Positions 1 to 10,765 of a DNA stretch of 64,000 nucleotides are shown in pieces. Position numbers and translations under genes: made by a program. Every line of letters begins with the position of its first letter. Position 1 is the stretch's first letter. Origin of the DNA: Lachnospiraceae bacterium (GTDB lineage Bacteria > Bacillota > Clostridia > Lachnospirales > Lachnospiraceae). The stretch spans positions 11,447-75,446 of the forward strand of contig JAAWAR010000111.1 in assembly GCA_022792295.1 (NCBI GenBank), written 5' to 3'. The notes below the pieces were generated by a model. The model did no database searches and had not been told where the DNA came from. It worked only from the letters and a program-made list of their open reading frames with translations.

Positions 1-1338
1 GAGGGCGTCTTTGACCGGGGGCATTTTTAACGGATCCGGCTGTTCTTCCTGATAAGAAGCGAGCGGACTCCCGTCCGAAGCGGTGATGGAGACACGAAGA
101 AGGGAGTCTGGCCGCTCAAAAGGAATGAATACCGGAGCCCCGGGAGCCAAGGAAACGTTCGTGTCAAGCAGGAGCTCTCCGTCTGCACAGATCCGGATCG
201 CGCAGTCTCCGAGCGGCCTTGTTGCCTGGATAGCGAGCTGTTTGGGGATGAAGCGGAGGGCGCAGTTTAGGTTTGCAAAGTCCGGAGCGCCGATGCGGCT
301 GATCGGATACCAGAATTGGGAAAATTCCTTCGTCTCATACGGCTCCAGCCAGGAGAAGTCCGGCTGGTTGTCGGTATAGGAGCCGGCCATCAGCTCGGCA
401 TACTGGCCGTCCGTATCGGTCAGGGCCCGCTCCCAGGCTTTGGAGAGCTGGCCGTAGGCCCAGGTGAACAGCTTTTTGCCGGGAGAAATATGATGATTCG
501 CGATGTGGACGACCCCGCATTCCTTCCTGTGGTCGTAGCCGCCAAAGAAATCGTATTTGGAGGCGCAGGCAAAGTAAGACGTGGCATCCCGGGTGTTTTT
601 GTGCCAGGAAATATCCCGTGGTTCGGTCATGTCAAAGCCGTTATACACGCCTCCTCCGGCGACCGGATAGGAGATGCGGGAGTCCAGATAATGAAAACTC
701 ACATAGGAGACATCCTTCGGGAAAAAGATCTGATAGGACTCATCAACCGGGACGGCAGCGTTTTCCCACCATAGGAAGGACTGGGGAAGCGGCGTCCGGT
801 TGCAGAGTTTCACGCGCGTTTCCAGGAACGCGGAATCTGCCCCTAAAACGATTCCCACCAGACCTTTCATACGTCCATCCGGCTCATGCTCGGAAAGCCA
901 GCAGATGACGGAACCATCCTCACATTCCTCTGTCGTAAAGTCGCAGGGCATGAAGCCGGACGGACGGTGGTGGTAGGGCCAGTTGAATTCCACGCCTCCG
1001 GAGATCCAGGATCCCAGGGCGCCGATCAGGGCAGGTTTTATGACATGCTGCCGGTAGAAGAAGTCATAGCCGGTGGTCTTATCCGTCGCAGCAAAGATTC
1101 TTCCGCCGATTTCCGGCAGAACCCATATGTCCAGAAACGCGTTTTCCAGATGGACGGCGGTGTAGGTTTGGTTCGCCCTTTCGGCGCGGTTTACCTCCAG
1201 GACCACCTGATTCGGATAGGGGCGCCCGGATGAACGCTGATGTACACGGTTTTCTGCGAACATGGGGAGCGCCTCCGGTTTGGGTTCCGGATAAGTGGGG
1301 ATCGTGAGAGATTCAATGCGGATTTTTGCTCGTTCCAT
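1..1338 (-). CDS. DUF5107 domain protein (YphG-like), runs off left edge
   Basis: Not in the ORF track because there is no stop in the window. ATG at 1338 after a GAGGAGGA RBS; manual translation MERAKIRIESLTIPTYPEP...LPEIGGRIFAATDKTTGYDFFYRQHVIKPALIGALGSWISGGVEFNWPYHHRP...GKKLFTW...YAELMAGSYTDNQPDF, typical of DUF5107. Confidence 0.85.
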   Translation of the reverse strand, partial: MERAKIRIESLTIPTYPEPKPEALPMFAENRVHQRSSGRPYPNQVVLEVNRAERANQTYTAVHLENAFLDIWVLPEIGGRIFAATDKTTGYDFFYRQHVIKPALIGALGSWISGGVEFNWPYHHRPSGFMPCDFTTEECEDGSVICWLSEHEPDGRMKGLVGIVLGADSAFLETRVKLCNRTPLPQSFLWWENAAVPVDESYQIFFPKDVSYVSFHYLDSRISYPVAGGGVYNGFDMTEPRDISWHKNTRDATSYFACASKYDFFGGYDHRKECGVVHIANHHISPGKKLFTWAYGQLSKAWERALTDTDGQYAELMAGSYTDNQPDFSWLEPYETKEFSQFWYPISRIGAPDFANLNCALRFIPKQLAIQATRPLGDCAIRICADGELLLDTNVSLAPGAPVFIPFERPDSLLRVSITASDGSPLASYQEEQPDPLKMPPVKDAL

Positions 1339-1678
1339 TCTTTTCGTCCTCCTCATTTTGGTTACGGTGTAAGGAAACGGTAATCTTTTTTCATCATAGC
1401 TATTTTTTGAAGGGAGAGAAAGACAAAAAAGCGGGTAAAATGTCCTTGTATTTTAGTTGGGCTACGGCGGAAGTTGCTTTTATGTCAAGTTTGAGGTAAA
1501 ATATTATAAAAAAATGACAAATAAATTTGCTGTTCCCTATAACCCTCCGGGGGATGCACACGATTTTTGTAAGGTAGTTTCTGCGTTCATATGCAGCGAA
1601 AATCGGTGCAGGAAACGCCATAAGGAAAAATCTATGACGTTTCCTAATTAGAAAAAGAAGGAGGCGAGGTGTTCGGAA

Positions 1679-2752
1679 ATGTTGTATCTTTTGGTTGAGG
1701 ATGAGTTCAAGAATTATCCATGGTGCCACAGGGCGCTGCGGGGGTTAAATGAGGAGGTTCGAAGGAAACGTGTCGGCCTGCAGGAAGTTCGGGAGATCGA
1801 GGAAATCCCCAAAGAGGATGGGAAGCCGGGTGTTCTGCTGTTAGGGGCCTCGGAGGGCTGGATCAGCAGACAGGTGTATCTGGCAGGAGAGAGGAGTGTA
1901 CACGCGATCACGCTGATGAGCCGTAAATCAACGCCGCAGGACAGCTCGTTAAGCTCGGTTGTCATGGATGTCCGGGATTCGATGCATCTTGCGTTAGACT
2001 ATATGAAAAGTCTGGGATGCAGAAGGCTGGCCCTCTACGGGGTGAATCCTAGCTCGGCGTCGGACCCCTGGCGGGCGGAGATATTCAGGCAGCTGATCGG
2101 GCAGGAAGGGAAAATTTTTACGAATCATATTTCCTTCCGACAGCTATTTGAAGATTTCTGGAAGGAGCTTGGGCAGTTTGACGGGGTAATCTGTGCGAAT
2201 GACTACGCAGCGATTTCCCTGATCCGGCATTTGCGTAACGAGGGATATGAGACTGCGGGCCGGCTTCCGATCATAAGCTACGGAAATTTGTTGCTTTCCG
2301 GGAAGTTTTCTCCTTCGATCACGTCGATTTCAGATAATTATGAACTGTATGGCAAGGCGGCTCTTATGATTTATAACATGGTAATTAAGGAGAAAATGAT
2401 TTCTTCGGTCAGCATTCAGCTTCGAAGCTATCTGCACATCCGGGAGACGACGTGGAACCGGCCGTATGTGCGGGAGCAGGGTGTGGTGGCCGAATCGGAG
2501 CTCCCGAAGAATATGTTTTATGAAGATCAGGAGATTTCGCGGATGGCAAAGCTGGAGCTCATGCTGAACCAGTGTGATGATACGGATTTGGCGACGATTC
2601 AGTGTTTGATGCAGAATGATACATACACGGCGATTGCGGAAAAGTGCTTTATGTCGGAGACGGCGACGAAGTACCGGATTAAAAAGATGGAGGCGATGTG
2701 CGGGGTTTCGTCACGGGAGGAATTGGCGAAGCTGCTGAAGGAGTTTTTTTGA
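1679..2752 (+). CDS. Transcriptional regulator: LacI-type sugar-binding domain with C-terminal LuxR-like HTH
   Basis: GVICANDYAA and PSITSI (LacI/PBP sensor motifs); C-terminal TYTAIAEKCFMSETATKYRIKKM...SREEL HTH; no N-terminal HTH. Confidence 0.75.
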   Translation: MLYLLVEDEFKNYPWCHRALRGLNEEVRRKRVGLQEVREIEEIPKEDGKPGVLLLGASEGWISRQVYLAGERSVHAITLMSRKSTPQDSSLSSVVMDVRDSMHLALDYMKSLGCRRLALYGVNPSSASDPWRAEIFRQLIGQEGKIFTNHISFRQLFEDFWKELGQFDGVICANDYAAISLIRHLRNEGYETAGRLPIISYGNLLLSGKFSPSITSISDNYELYGKAALMIYNMVIKEKMISSVSIQLRSYLHIRETTWNRPYVREQGVVAESELPKNMFYEDQEISRMAKLELMLNQCDDTDLATIQCLMQNDTYTAIAEKCFMSETATKYRIKKMEAMCGVSSREELAKLLKEFF

Positions 2753-2770
2753 AATGTGAGGACTGGAGGT

Positions 2771-2811
2771 CCGCAAAAGCCTGGCCCCCTGCTCCTGGCC
2801 CGGCTTTTGCG
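2771..2811 (+). terminator. Hairpin after regulator gene
   Basis: ccgcaaaagcc...ggcttttgcgg inverted repeat just after the stop. Confidence 0.4.
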
Positions 2812-2947
2812 GAGCCATCTGCCATCCTCTTTTCCGTCTAAAAGTTGCGTGAAATTTCACAAAAAAAATAGACTTTAAAAAAATATATTGCACAAGTATA
2901 CTAATTACAATGCAATATCTAAATAATAATCCACCGGGGAGGGAACT

Positions 2948-4456
2948 ATGCCGAATGTCATTGAATTCAGAAATATAACCAAATACTTTCCCGGAGTGAA
3001 GGCTCTGGACAGCGTCAGCTTCACAGCGAATGGCGGTGAGGTATTGGCGTTAATGGGGGAAAACGGGGCGGGCAAATCGACGCTTTTAAAGATTTTAAAC
3101 GGTGATTACCAGCAGGATATGGGAGAGTATCTTATAAACGGGCAGGCTTGTCACTTTAATAACCCCAGGGAGGCGGTCGCTGCCGGGATCGGTGTGATTT
3201 ATCAGGAACGGCAGATCATGCTGGAGCTGACCGTCGGGGAAAATATGTTTCTCGGGCGTCTGCCGTCTGGGCTTTTTGGAAGAATTAAGATGAACGAGGT
3301 GCATGAGAAGGCCCAGAAGATCATTGATGAGTTTGGTCTGGACATGAAATCTACCGATAAGGTGAAGGACCTGAGTGTCGCGTATCAGCAGATGGTGGAG
3401 ATCATGAAGGCGTACAGCCGGGAAAACTTAAAAATGATCGCATTTGATGAACCGACGGCGTCTTTGAGCGGGACGGAGATTGAAAGCTTGTTCCGGATTA
3501 TCCAGAAGCTCAAGGCAGAAGGAAAGGTTATCATCTATGTTTCGCACCGCATGGCCGAGATTCGGGATATTGCGGACCGGGTGGCGATCTTTAAGGATGG
3601 CTGCTTTGTTGGGGATTCTCCGATCCATGAGATCACAGACGAGGAGCTGATCCAAAAGATGGTTGGCCGGGATCTGGGGGATATTTTTTCTTCCCTTGAC
3701 AAGAAGAAGGAGATCGGCGAGGTGATTTTGGATGTCAGAAATCTGAAATCTCCTTATTTAAAGGAAGCTTCGTTTGTCGTGCGCGCCGGCGAGATCGTCG
3801 GATTTTCAGGGCTTGTCAGCGCGGGCCGGACCGAGGTGGTACGCGCGATCACAGGGGCAGACCCGCAGACAGGGGGCGAGGTCTGGCTGGATGGAAAGAA
3901 AATCCAGTGCAAAACGCCTCATGATGCGATCAAAAACGGAATCGTCATGGTGCCGGAGGACAGAAAGCTCCAAGGGATCATCCCGCGGATGAGCGTAGGC
4001 CGCAATATAACAGTGGGGAGCCTCGATGCACTGGCAAACCGGCTGGGAGTCATCAACAGCCAAAGAGAGACGGAAATCGGCCTGGAGGGAAAGAAAAATT
4101 TCAATATCAAGACGCCGGATCTGGAAAAGCCGATTGTGGAGCTTTCCGGGGGCAACCAGCAGAAGGCCATTGTCGCCCGCTGGCTTTCAACCGACCCGCG
4201 GATCCTGATTCTGGACGAACCGACGAAGGGGATCGACATTGGTGCCAAGTCGGAGTTTTACAACATGATCTGCGACATTGCAAAGCGCGGGATCGGTGTG
4301 ATTTTGATCTCCTCTGAGCTTCCGGAGGTGCTGGGCCTGTCGGACCGCATTCTTGTTATGCGCGGCAAGCAGATCGTCGGCGAGATCGACGCTACGGAGG
4401 CGACGGAGGAAGAACTGCTTACTATGGCGATGATGGAGGGAAGTGTTTATGGATAA
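2948..4456 (+). CDS. Sugar ABC transporter ATP-binding protein (RbsA/AraG type)
   Basis: GENGAGKST Walker A, two ABC domains, LSGGNQQK, DEPTKGID. Confidence 0.95.
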   Translation: MPNVIEFRNITKYFPGVKALDSVSFTANGGEVLALMGENGAGKSTLLKILNGDYQQDMGEYLINGQACHFNNPREAVAAGIGVIYQERQIMLELTVGENMFLGRLPSGLFGRIKMNEVHEKAQKIIDEFGLDMKSTDKVKDLSVAYQQMVEIMKAYSRENLKMIAFDEPTASLSGTEIESLFRIIQKLKAEGKVIIYVSHRMAEIRDIADRVAIFKDGCFVGDSPIHEITDEELIQKMVGRDLGDIFSSLDKKKEIGEVILDVRNLKSPYLKEASFVVRAGEIVGFSGLVSAGRTEVVRAITGADPQTGGEVWLDGKKIQCKTPHDAIKNGIVMVPEDRKLQGIIPRMSVGRNITVGSLDALANRLGVINSQRETEIGLEGKKNFNIKTPDLEKPIVELSGGNQQKAIVARWLSTDPRILILDEPTKGIDIGAKSEFYNMICDIAKRGIGVILISSELPEVLGLSDRILVMRGKQIVGEIDATEATEEELLTMAMMEGSVYG

Positions 4457-5444
4457 GAGGAAAATAAAACTGCCGGTTTCCGGCAATCAGCTTGTGCTGA
4501 TCATTGCGCTTGCGTTGGTTACGGTTATTTTTTCGGCGTTAAATAAAAATTATTTTACATACACGAACCTGATTAATATTCTGGTTTCCTCTACTTTGAT
4601 CGGTCTGACCTCGATCGGCATCACGTTCTTAATCATGACCGGAGGAAATGATCTGTCGGCGGGATCGGTGGCTGCGTTTGCCGGAGTGTTTGTGGCCTGG
4701 GCATTAAAGGCGACCTCTATGAGCTGGTTTCTGATCGCCCTGATCGCGATTGCGATCTCAGCAGTGGCGGGAGTCACAAACGCCCTGATGGTTACAAAGT
4801 TAAATATCGTCCCTTTTATTGCGACGTTAGTGAGCCAGTCGATCTGGCGCGGATTTGCCTATCTGATGTGTGACGGCAAGCCCATCTCGATCGCAGACAA
4901 GGGATTCCTCGCATTCGGCAAGGCGCGGGTAGGAGGCGCAGAGGGCATTCCGGTGACGGTGATCCTTATGATTGTCTTTTTCGTGATTTTCGGCTTTATT
5001 CTCGCAAAAACCAAATTCGGACGCAGCATTTTTGCGATCGGAGGCAATGCGGAGGCGGCGCGTCTGGCAGGTATCAATGCGAACCGGATCAAAACGATCT
5101 GTTATGTGATGACGTCGATGTTTGCGGCGTTAGCCGGGATCATTCTGGCGGCCCGTATGAATTCAGGTCAGCCGTCCGCCAGTCCGAACCTGCATTTCGA
5201 TGCAATCACGGCGGCCAACTTAGGCGGTGTATCCATGATCGGCGGAATCGGCTCGATTCCCAGCGTTATCCTGGGCGTTCTGCTTGTGCAGGCCTTTAAC
5301 TCGGGGCTTAACATGGTGAATGTATCATCCTACTGGCAGTATGTGGCGCGCGGCCTGCTTCTTTTCGCATCGCTGGCGATCGACTTCTACAGACAGCGCA
5401 CAAGGGCGAAAAAGTTGTTGGCGGACAGCATGAAAAGCCTGTAA
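4449..5444 (+). CDS. Sugar ABC transporter permease (RbsC/AraH type)
   Basis: GGNDLSAGS, FGRSIFAIGGNAEAARLAGI, multiple TM segments. Confidence 0.95.
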   Translation: MDKRKIKLPVSGNQLVLIIALALVTVIFSALNKNYFTYTNLINILVSSTLIGLTSIGITFLIMTGGNDLSAGSVAAFAGVFVAWALKATSMSWFLIALIAIAISAVAGVTNALMVTKLNIVPFIATLVSQSIWRGFAYLMCDGKPISIADKGFLAFGKARVGGAEGIPVTVILMIVFFVIFGFILAKTKFGRSIFAIGGNAEAARLAGINANRIKTICYVMTSMFAALAGIILAARMNSGQPSASPNLHFDAITAANLGGVSMIGGIGSIPSVILGVLLVQAFNSGLNMVNVSSYWQYVARGLLLFASLAIDFYRQRTRAKKLLADSMKSL

Positions 5445-5511
5445 TTTCGTACTGTTTTCCACAGGAGACTGTGGCGGTATATAAAATTTTAGAAAAATGG
5501 AGGAAAAATGC

Positions 5512-6603
5512 ATGAGAAAAATGATGGCATTATTACTGGCAGGAGCGATGGCCTTAAGCCTTACCGGCTGCAGCGGTTCCGGAACCAACACGACGACGGC
5601 TGCTGCGGCAGAAGCGCAGACCACAACGGCTGCCGCAACCGAAGCTACTAAGGAGCAGACCACAGCGGCTCCCGAGGCAGACACAAAGCTGGAAGGGCTG
5701 AACATCTACGGTATCTATAAATCAGAGTCTGCATATTTTGTCAACGAGGCGGCGTCCATCGAGAAGACACTGCAGGAACTGGGCGAGCAGTACGGCTTTG
5801 AGGCGACTTGGCATTTTAACAACTGCGACGGCGACCCGGAGAAATTTATGACGTTGGTTGATACGGCGATCGCGGATAAATGTGATGCGATTTTGGCCTG
5901 TGTACCGGATCAGACAATGTCCCAGTCCGTGGTGGACAAATGTGCGGCTGCCGGGGTTCCGATTATCGCGGTTGATGACGGCTTAATCGATGATGCGGGC
6001 GAGAAGATCGCTCCCTGGTTTGGAATCGACGCTTACAACATCGGCTATGCAGCGGGCGAATGGATGGCAGAGTATGCAGCTACAAACAACCTTTTAGAGG
6101 ATGAGACGGTCGGCCTGCTTTACATGACGATGGATACGGTTTCCTCCTGCGTGCCGCGTACAGAGGGCGAGAGAGATGCCTGGAAGGAAAAGGCAGGCGA
6201 CGCTTTGGCGGACCGCACCTATTCGGCGGACTATGTGTCCACCCAGGAGGACGCTTTTAACAACGCTTCCGCAGTAATCACCGGACATCCGGAGATCAAG
6301 ACCTGGCTTGTTATGGTTGCTTCCGAGAACGGGGCACTGGGAGCCGGAGCAGCTGTTGAGAATGCGGGCTTGGCAGAGAGTTCCTGCGTGATCACGTTGG
6401 GCTGTGACGAGATGGTAGGCCAGTGGGCAGACGGAAACTATGAGATCGTGCGCGCCGCGTCCTATTTCTCCGGCAAAGTGGTCGGCAAGGAAGCCATCAC
6501 GAGCGTTGTCGAGTATCTGGTTAACGGAACTGAGATCCCGAAGGAATATGCGACACCGGCGGTTATCTGTACGCCTGAAAATTATCAGGATGTAGTCCTG
6601 TAA
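5512..6603 (+). CDS. Sugar ABC transporter substrate-binding lipoprotein
   Basis: Lipobox LTGC, Thr/Ala linker, PBP type-1 motif GVPIIAVDD; GGAGG RBS. Confidence 0.9.
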   Translation: MRKMMALLLAGAMALSLTGCSGSGTNTTTAAAAEAQTTTAAATEATKEQTTAAPEADTKLEGLNIYGIYKSESAYFVNEAASIEKTLQELGEQYGFEATWHFNNCDGDPEKFMTLVDTAIADKCDAILACVPDQTMSQSVVDKCAAAGVPIIAVDDGLIDDAGEKIAPWFGIDAYNIGYAAGEWMAEYAATNNLLEDETVGLLYMTMDTVSSCVPRTEGERDAWKEKAGDALADRTYSADYVSTQEDAFNNASAVITGHPEIKTWLVMVASENGALGAGAAVENAGLAESSCVITLGCDEMVGQWADGNYEIVRAASYFSGKVVGKEAITSVVEYLVNGTEIPKEYATPAVICTPENYQDVVL

Positions 6604-6622
6604 CAAAAACGGAGGATTCGGA

Positions 6623-7420
6623 ATGAGGACGGTTCAGTTTGAGCTCATGAGACCGGGAGAATTCCTGGAAGAAAGAGAACGATTTTCGGTGGCCTACCTG
6701 CCGGTGGGACCGTTAGAGTGGCACGGGCCGCACATGCCCTTCGGGACAGACCCGTTAAACGCACAGGCCGTGGCCCGTGGCGTGGCAGAGAGGATCGGAG
6801 GCGTGGTCTTTCCGCCCCTGTTCTGCGGTACAGAGGAAGCCAGGCCGCCGGAGCTTCTGAACTGGATGGGGTTTGAAGACGACAGCCAGTATGTCGTGGG
6901 CATGGATGTGCCGTCCAATCCGATTAAAAGCTGTTACTTTCCGGAGGAACTGTTCGGGACGATTCTGCGGGCGAATCTGATACAGATTGTGAGCCTGGGA
7001 TTTCGGATCGTTGTAATCATAAACGGCCACGGGGCTACGGGACAGTTAAGGACTGGGGCGAGGCTTGCGCGGGAATTTTCTAATACAACAAAAAGCCAAG
7101 TCCTTTTCTGCCGGGCGATGCAGAAGTTAGACGAGACGGATGACAGGCTCGGCCATGCGAATATTGTCGAGACTTCCATGCAGATGTATGTGAGCAAAGA
7201 CAGTGTGCAGCTTAGCAAGCTGCCGCCCAGGGAGATTCCGTTAAAGACGAGTGAGTGGGGGATTGCGGACGGGTATCTGATGACAGGGGAGTCTGTCAAT
7301 GAAGGCCATACTGTCGAGCATGACCCGCGTGACGCTACGGCGGAGCTCGGGAGAAGGTATGTGGAAAACGGGATCGAGAGGATCGCGAAAGAGGTGCTGG
7401 AGGTCTACAAGGAGAGATAA
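6623..7420 (+). CDS. Creatininase-family amidohydrolase
   Basis: LPVGPLEWHGPHMPFGTD, INGHG, GHANIVETS metal-binding motifs. Confidence 0.9.
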   Translation: MRTVQFELMRPGEFLEERERFSVAYLPVGPLEWHGPHMPFGTDPLNAQAVARGVAERIGGVVFPPLFCGTEEARPPELLNWMGFEDDSQYVVGMDVPSNPIKSCYFPEELFGTILRANLIQIVSLGFRIVVIINGHGATGQLRTGARLAREFSNTTKSQVLFCRAMQKLDETDDRLGHANIVETSMQMYVSKDSVQLSKLPPREIPLKTSEWGIADGYLMTGESVNEGHTVEHDPRDATAELGRRYVENGIERIAKEVLEVYKER

Positions 7421-7423
7421 CAG

Positions 7424-7470
7424 AACAAAGAAGACGGTAAGCCTTGGGCATGCCGTCTTCTTTGTTTTAT
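7424..7470 (+). terminator. Rho-independent terminator of the ABC-creatininase operon
   Basis: aacaaagaagacgg / ccgtcttctttgtt 14-bp inverted repeat followed by T-rich tail. Confidence 0.7.
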
Positions 7471-7575
7471 GAGGAGAGACCCGCATAAGCCGGGGCGGTC
7501 ATCTGACGAGCCAACGATGATTGTGTAAGTATGCGCCATACGGAACTTAGTTCACTTTTAGATGGAGGTATGTCT

Positions 7576-7665
7576 ATGTACTAGGCGGTAATGGAAAAGT
7601 TTTACAAATGGGAAGAAAGTAAACAGAGAAGGCCGCTGGTCCCTCAGGACACAAGACAGGCCAGG
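7576..7665 (+). pseudogene. Relic 5' end of an AAA+ ATPase (AAA_14/DUF4143 type)
   Basis: GGAGG RBS, then MY*AVMEKFYKWEESKQRRPLVPQDTRQ, resembling the family N-terminus (..KWK..RKPL..GARQVGKT); stop at codon 3 and degenerate Walker A. Confidence 0.45.
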
Positions 7666-7964
7666 ATAGTCCGGCTGAAAAAATCCCCTCGCGCCCTGGA
7701 ACCGAACAGAATTACCTTTTTTATGCCATGGTGCTCTGCCAGTGCACAGAGTTCCTTTGGTACGATAGGTTTTATGCCTGTTTTTTTCTCTCTTTAGGTC
7801 GGTTTACAAGAAGCTGCACAAAATTTCAGACGGAACTGGTGAAAAAATATCAAATGGCAATAGTATGTTCTTTTCCCTAGAAAACATTAAAAAAGGCCGG
7901 CATAATTCCTGTATGCCGGCCTTTCGTATATCAATTAGTTCATTGGTTTTTCTTTTCCTCATCC

Positions 7965-8793
7965 TTAATCCAGCCTGCAGATCAATACGGACGTGTTCGT
8001 AAACATTCCGTTCCCGTTTTCCGTTTCCAGGGTAATCGAATGAGGTGGGGCAGCCACGGTTACAAATGTGGTTGCGGAAAGCGTGGTCACATCATGGGCC
8101 TGGCGAATAGTTGCCATTGATGTTGTTCCGGGAATCGGGATCTTATTGCTGGCAAGGGACACTCCTACGGAAACCGGTAAAGTGACTGACGCCGCATTGG
8201 TGGCAACAGTGTGATACGAAACCTCATAATGCCCACTTGTCACCAGGGTAAATGTCCTTATGGACGGTGTATAATATATATCTATGCCGTTGTCTATAAG
8301 GTTATCTTTAAGGGCTAACGCAGATTTAGCCGCCGGGGTCTGGGCCGGATCATTGGCAGGCCCGATGGCTCCTGAAATACCCTGGAGACCCTGGGCTCCG
8401 GCCGGACCCTGAATACCTTGGGCTCCCCGTGTCCCGATGGGGCCTGTAGGACCTGTCGCAGTCACCAGGTCAAAGTTCAAAGACCCTCCCGGCACTCCGA
8501 CCGGAAAAAATCCAGTTTGTACGATATAGAGCGCCATTCCAATAGACGAGATCTCCCAGCCGATATTGTTTGTTGGGATCAAAGACTTCTGCCTCACTTA
8601 ATCCCGGCCCCATCGGCCCCTGAGGGCCTCGGCAGCAGCAGGAAAAATTGGGCCTGCAGCACATGCTACTGCCGCAGTCTTGCTGATTCACGCAGTTCTG
8701 AATATTTTCACAATTTACATTTCCTTCACATCCGGGGCTTTCACAGCAATTCGAATTTTTTCCGCACCCGGAAGCCATTGAGTCATAATACAT
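7965..8793 (-). pseudogene. BclA-like collagen/exosporium-type protein split by a frameshift
   Basis: ORF 8470-8793 (Cys-rich N-terminus, GPQGPMGP) and ORF 7965-8597 (GXY repeats plus beta-rich C-terminal domain ending ICRLD) fuse if one base is removed from the A6 run at 8505-8510. Confidence 0.7.
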
Positions 8794-9273
8794 ATCATCG
8801 CTTCTTATAGTTGTTTCCAGTTGGATTAACCCATTTTTTGACGGCTTTTCTAACCGGCTTATTATATCATATGTTCGGCAGTTGGTGTTGGTTCGTCTGA
8901 CACAGCGGTTTCGGCAGGAGCGGGCAAGCCGGATTCAAATCCTCTGCTGCATGCACGGCACCTGGCCCATTGCTGGCAAAAATAAAACTGCGGCCGACAG
9001 TTTTTCCGTATATGACAGTATAAAAAGTTCATGAAACATACAGGCTTTTGAGCTTTCAGATGCAGCCGATGATCTGGTAAATCTCCGAATATCTGCAGAC
9101 GGAGGAGAAAATCGCTGTGCCTATCGGGGAGAGTTTTTGACAGCGACGGTGAAAAAGAGAAGTGCGGCGGGGCCGTGGCTAATGGCTGTTATCGGGATTT
9201 CTATCAGGTAATCCGACAGGATTTTCCAGTGTTCAGCAAAGAAGGATTCAGGCGTACGCAGGCAGGTAGTGGA

Positions 9274-10681
9274 TTACCGGTGTAAGCATGCCAGCCTATT
9301 TTTATGGCTCAGAGAATGCTTTTTTCGTAGAATATTCAAAGGATCATCTTCAGAATGAAATTCTTTGTATAGCTGGCTCCTAAATAATAGGGCTGCAAGA
9401 ATCGCAGTCAATATATCTGTGGCTGCCTGTGATATAAGAATCTCCATATACCAGATTGTATGGTATGCAATGACAAGAATTATCAAAAAAATAATGCCCT
9501 GTCGGCTGACGGATAAGAGAAATGAACCGGCCACTTTTTCCATTACCTGAAAAATAATCGTTATCAAGAGAACGATTCCTACAAATAGCATGGTAATGAC
9601 CTGCCAGCGGAGCATAGCGGTTCCATCGTTTATAATGTCATGATTGCTCATAAAACATTTTTATCAAAAACGGAGCGGCCGAAAAAATAATCGCTGTCAG
9701 AGCGGCGGCAAGGAGATTGCTAAAGCGGACACAGAAACGGAATAGTTCAGGAAGACATTTTTTATCGCCCGATCCATAGTAATATCCGAAAAGAGGCTGT
9801 CCTCAAAATGCAAATCCTGTTAAAAGCAAAAGCGCGATCATATTTACTTTCAGGACAATTCCCATTGCTGCAATTTTGTCATTTCCAACAAGGAAGCAAA
9901 AATTGATTCATTAGTACAACGCTTACACTCTGCATAAGATTGACAATAGCGGCCGGAATACCAATGCCGAAAATCTGCCGGATATGCAGTGTGGGTACCT
10001 GGATTTCTTTTGGATTTACGGATACTATTTTACTTTTCCTTGCAACAACATAAATAAAGAAAATATCTGCAAATACATATCCAATTACGGTGGCAATCGT
10101 AGCGTCACTGGCGCCTAGGCCCAGAACAGAGATAAAAACAGGGTCTAAAACAAGATTAACGACTGCACCTAAAACAGTTCACGCCATAGATTCCTTTGAC
10201 ATTCCCTCGGAACGCAGGAAATTGGAATGAACGAAAGAGAGCATGATCGCCGGAGCGCCAAGAGCCAGATATATATAATAATTTGACGCATGGGGAAGGT
10301 TTTCGCACTGGCTCCGATCACAAACAGAAGCGATATGCGAAAAACCAGTATGACAAAAGCATTTGCAATACCTAAAAATAGAGCTGTATAAAAGCAAAAA
10401 GAACTGACATTGCGCACGTCCTGCTCGTCTTTTTGCCCCAATAACCGTGAAATAAGAGAGGCTCCGCCTTGTCCAAAGATGTTTCCCAATGCCATAAGGA
10501 GCGTAAATACCGGCATATCCAGGGAAACACCTGCAACTATGTTCGTGTCATTCGTCTGTGCGGCAAAGAAAGTGTCTGCCAGATTGTAAATCAAGGTTAC
10601 GACCATACTGAATACGAGCGGCAGAGATAAACGCATATATGCCTTTGATATTTTGGGTTCTTTAAAAATTTTATTTTCTAT
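9274..10681 (-). pseudogene. MATE efflux transporter, multiply frameshifted
   Basis: LSLPLVFSMVVTLIYNLADTFF, FLRSEG and SRQG pieces lie in different frames; start codon appears as ATA. Confidence 0.85.
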
Positions 10682-10765
10682 GTTTTTAGACTCACTTTCT
10701 AATATGTTTAAGATGATAGTAGGTTTTCTTGCTTTTTCTGTGTCATATGGCACAATAAAAAAGAA

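Noticed and set aside
83-1233. Plus-strand ORFs in the track
   Set aside because: Antisense shadows of the minus-strand DUF5107 gene; the same applies to most short overlapping ORFs in the track
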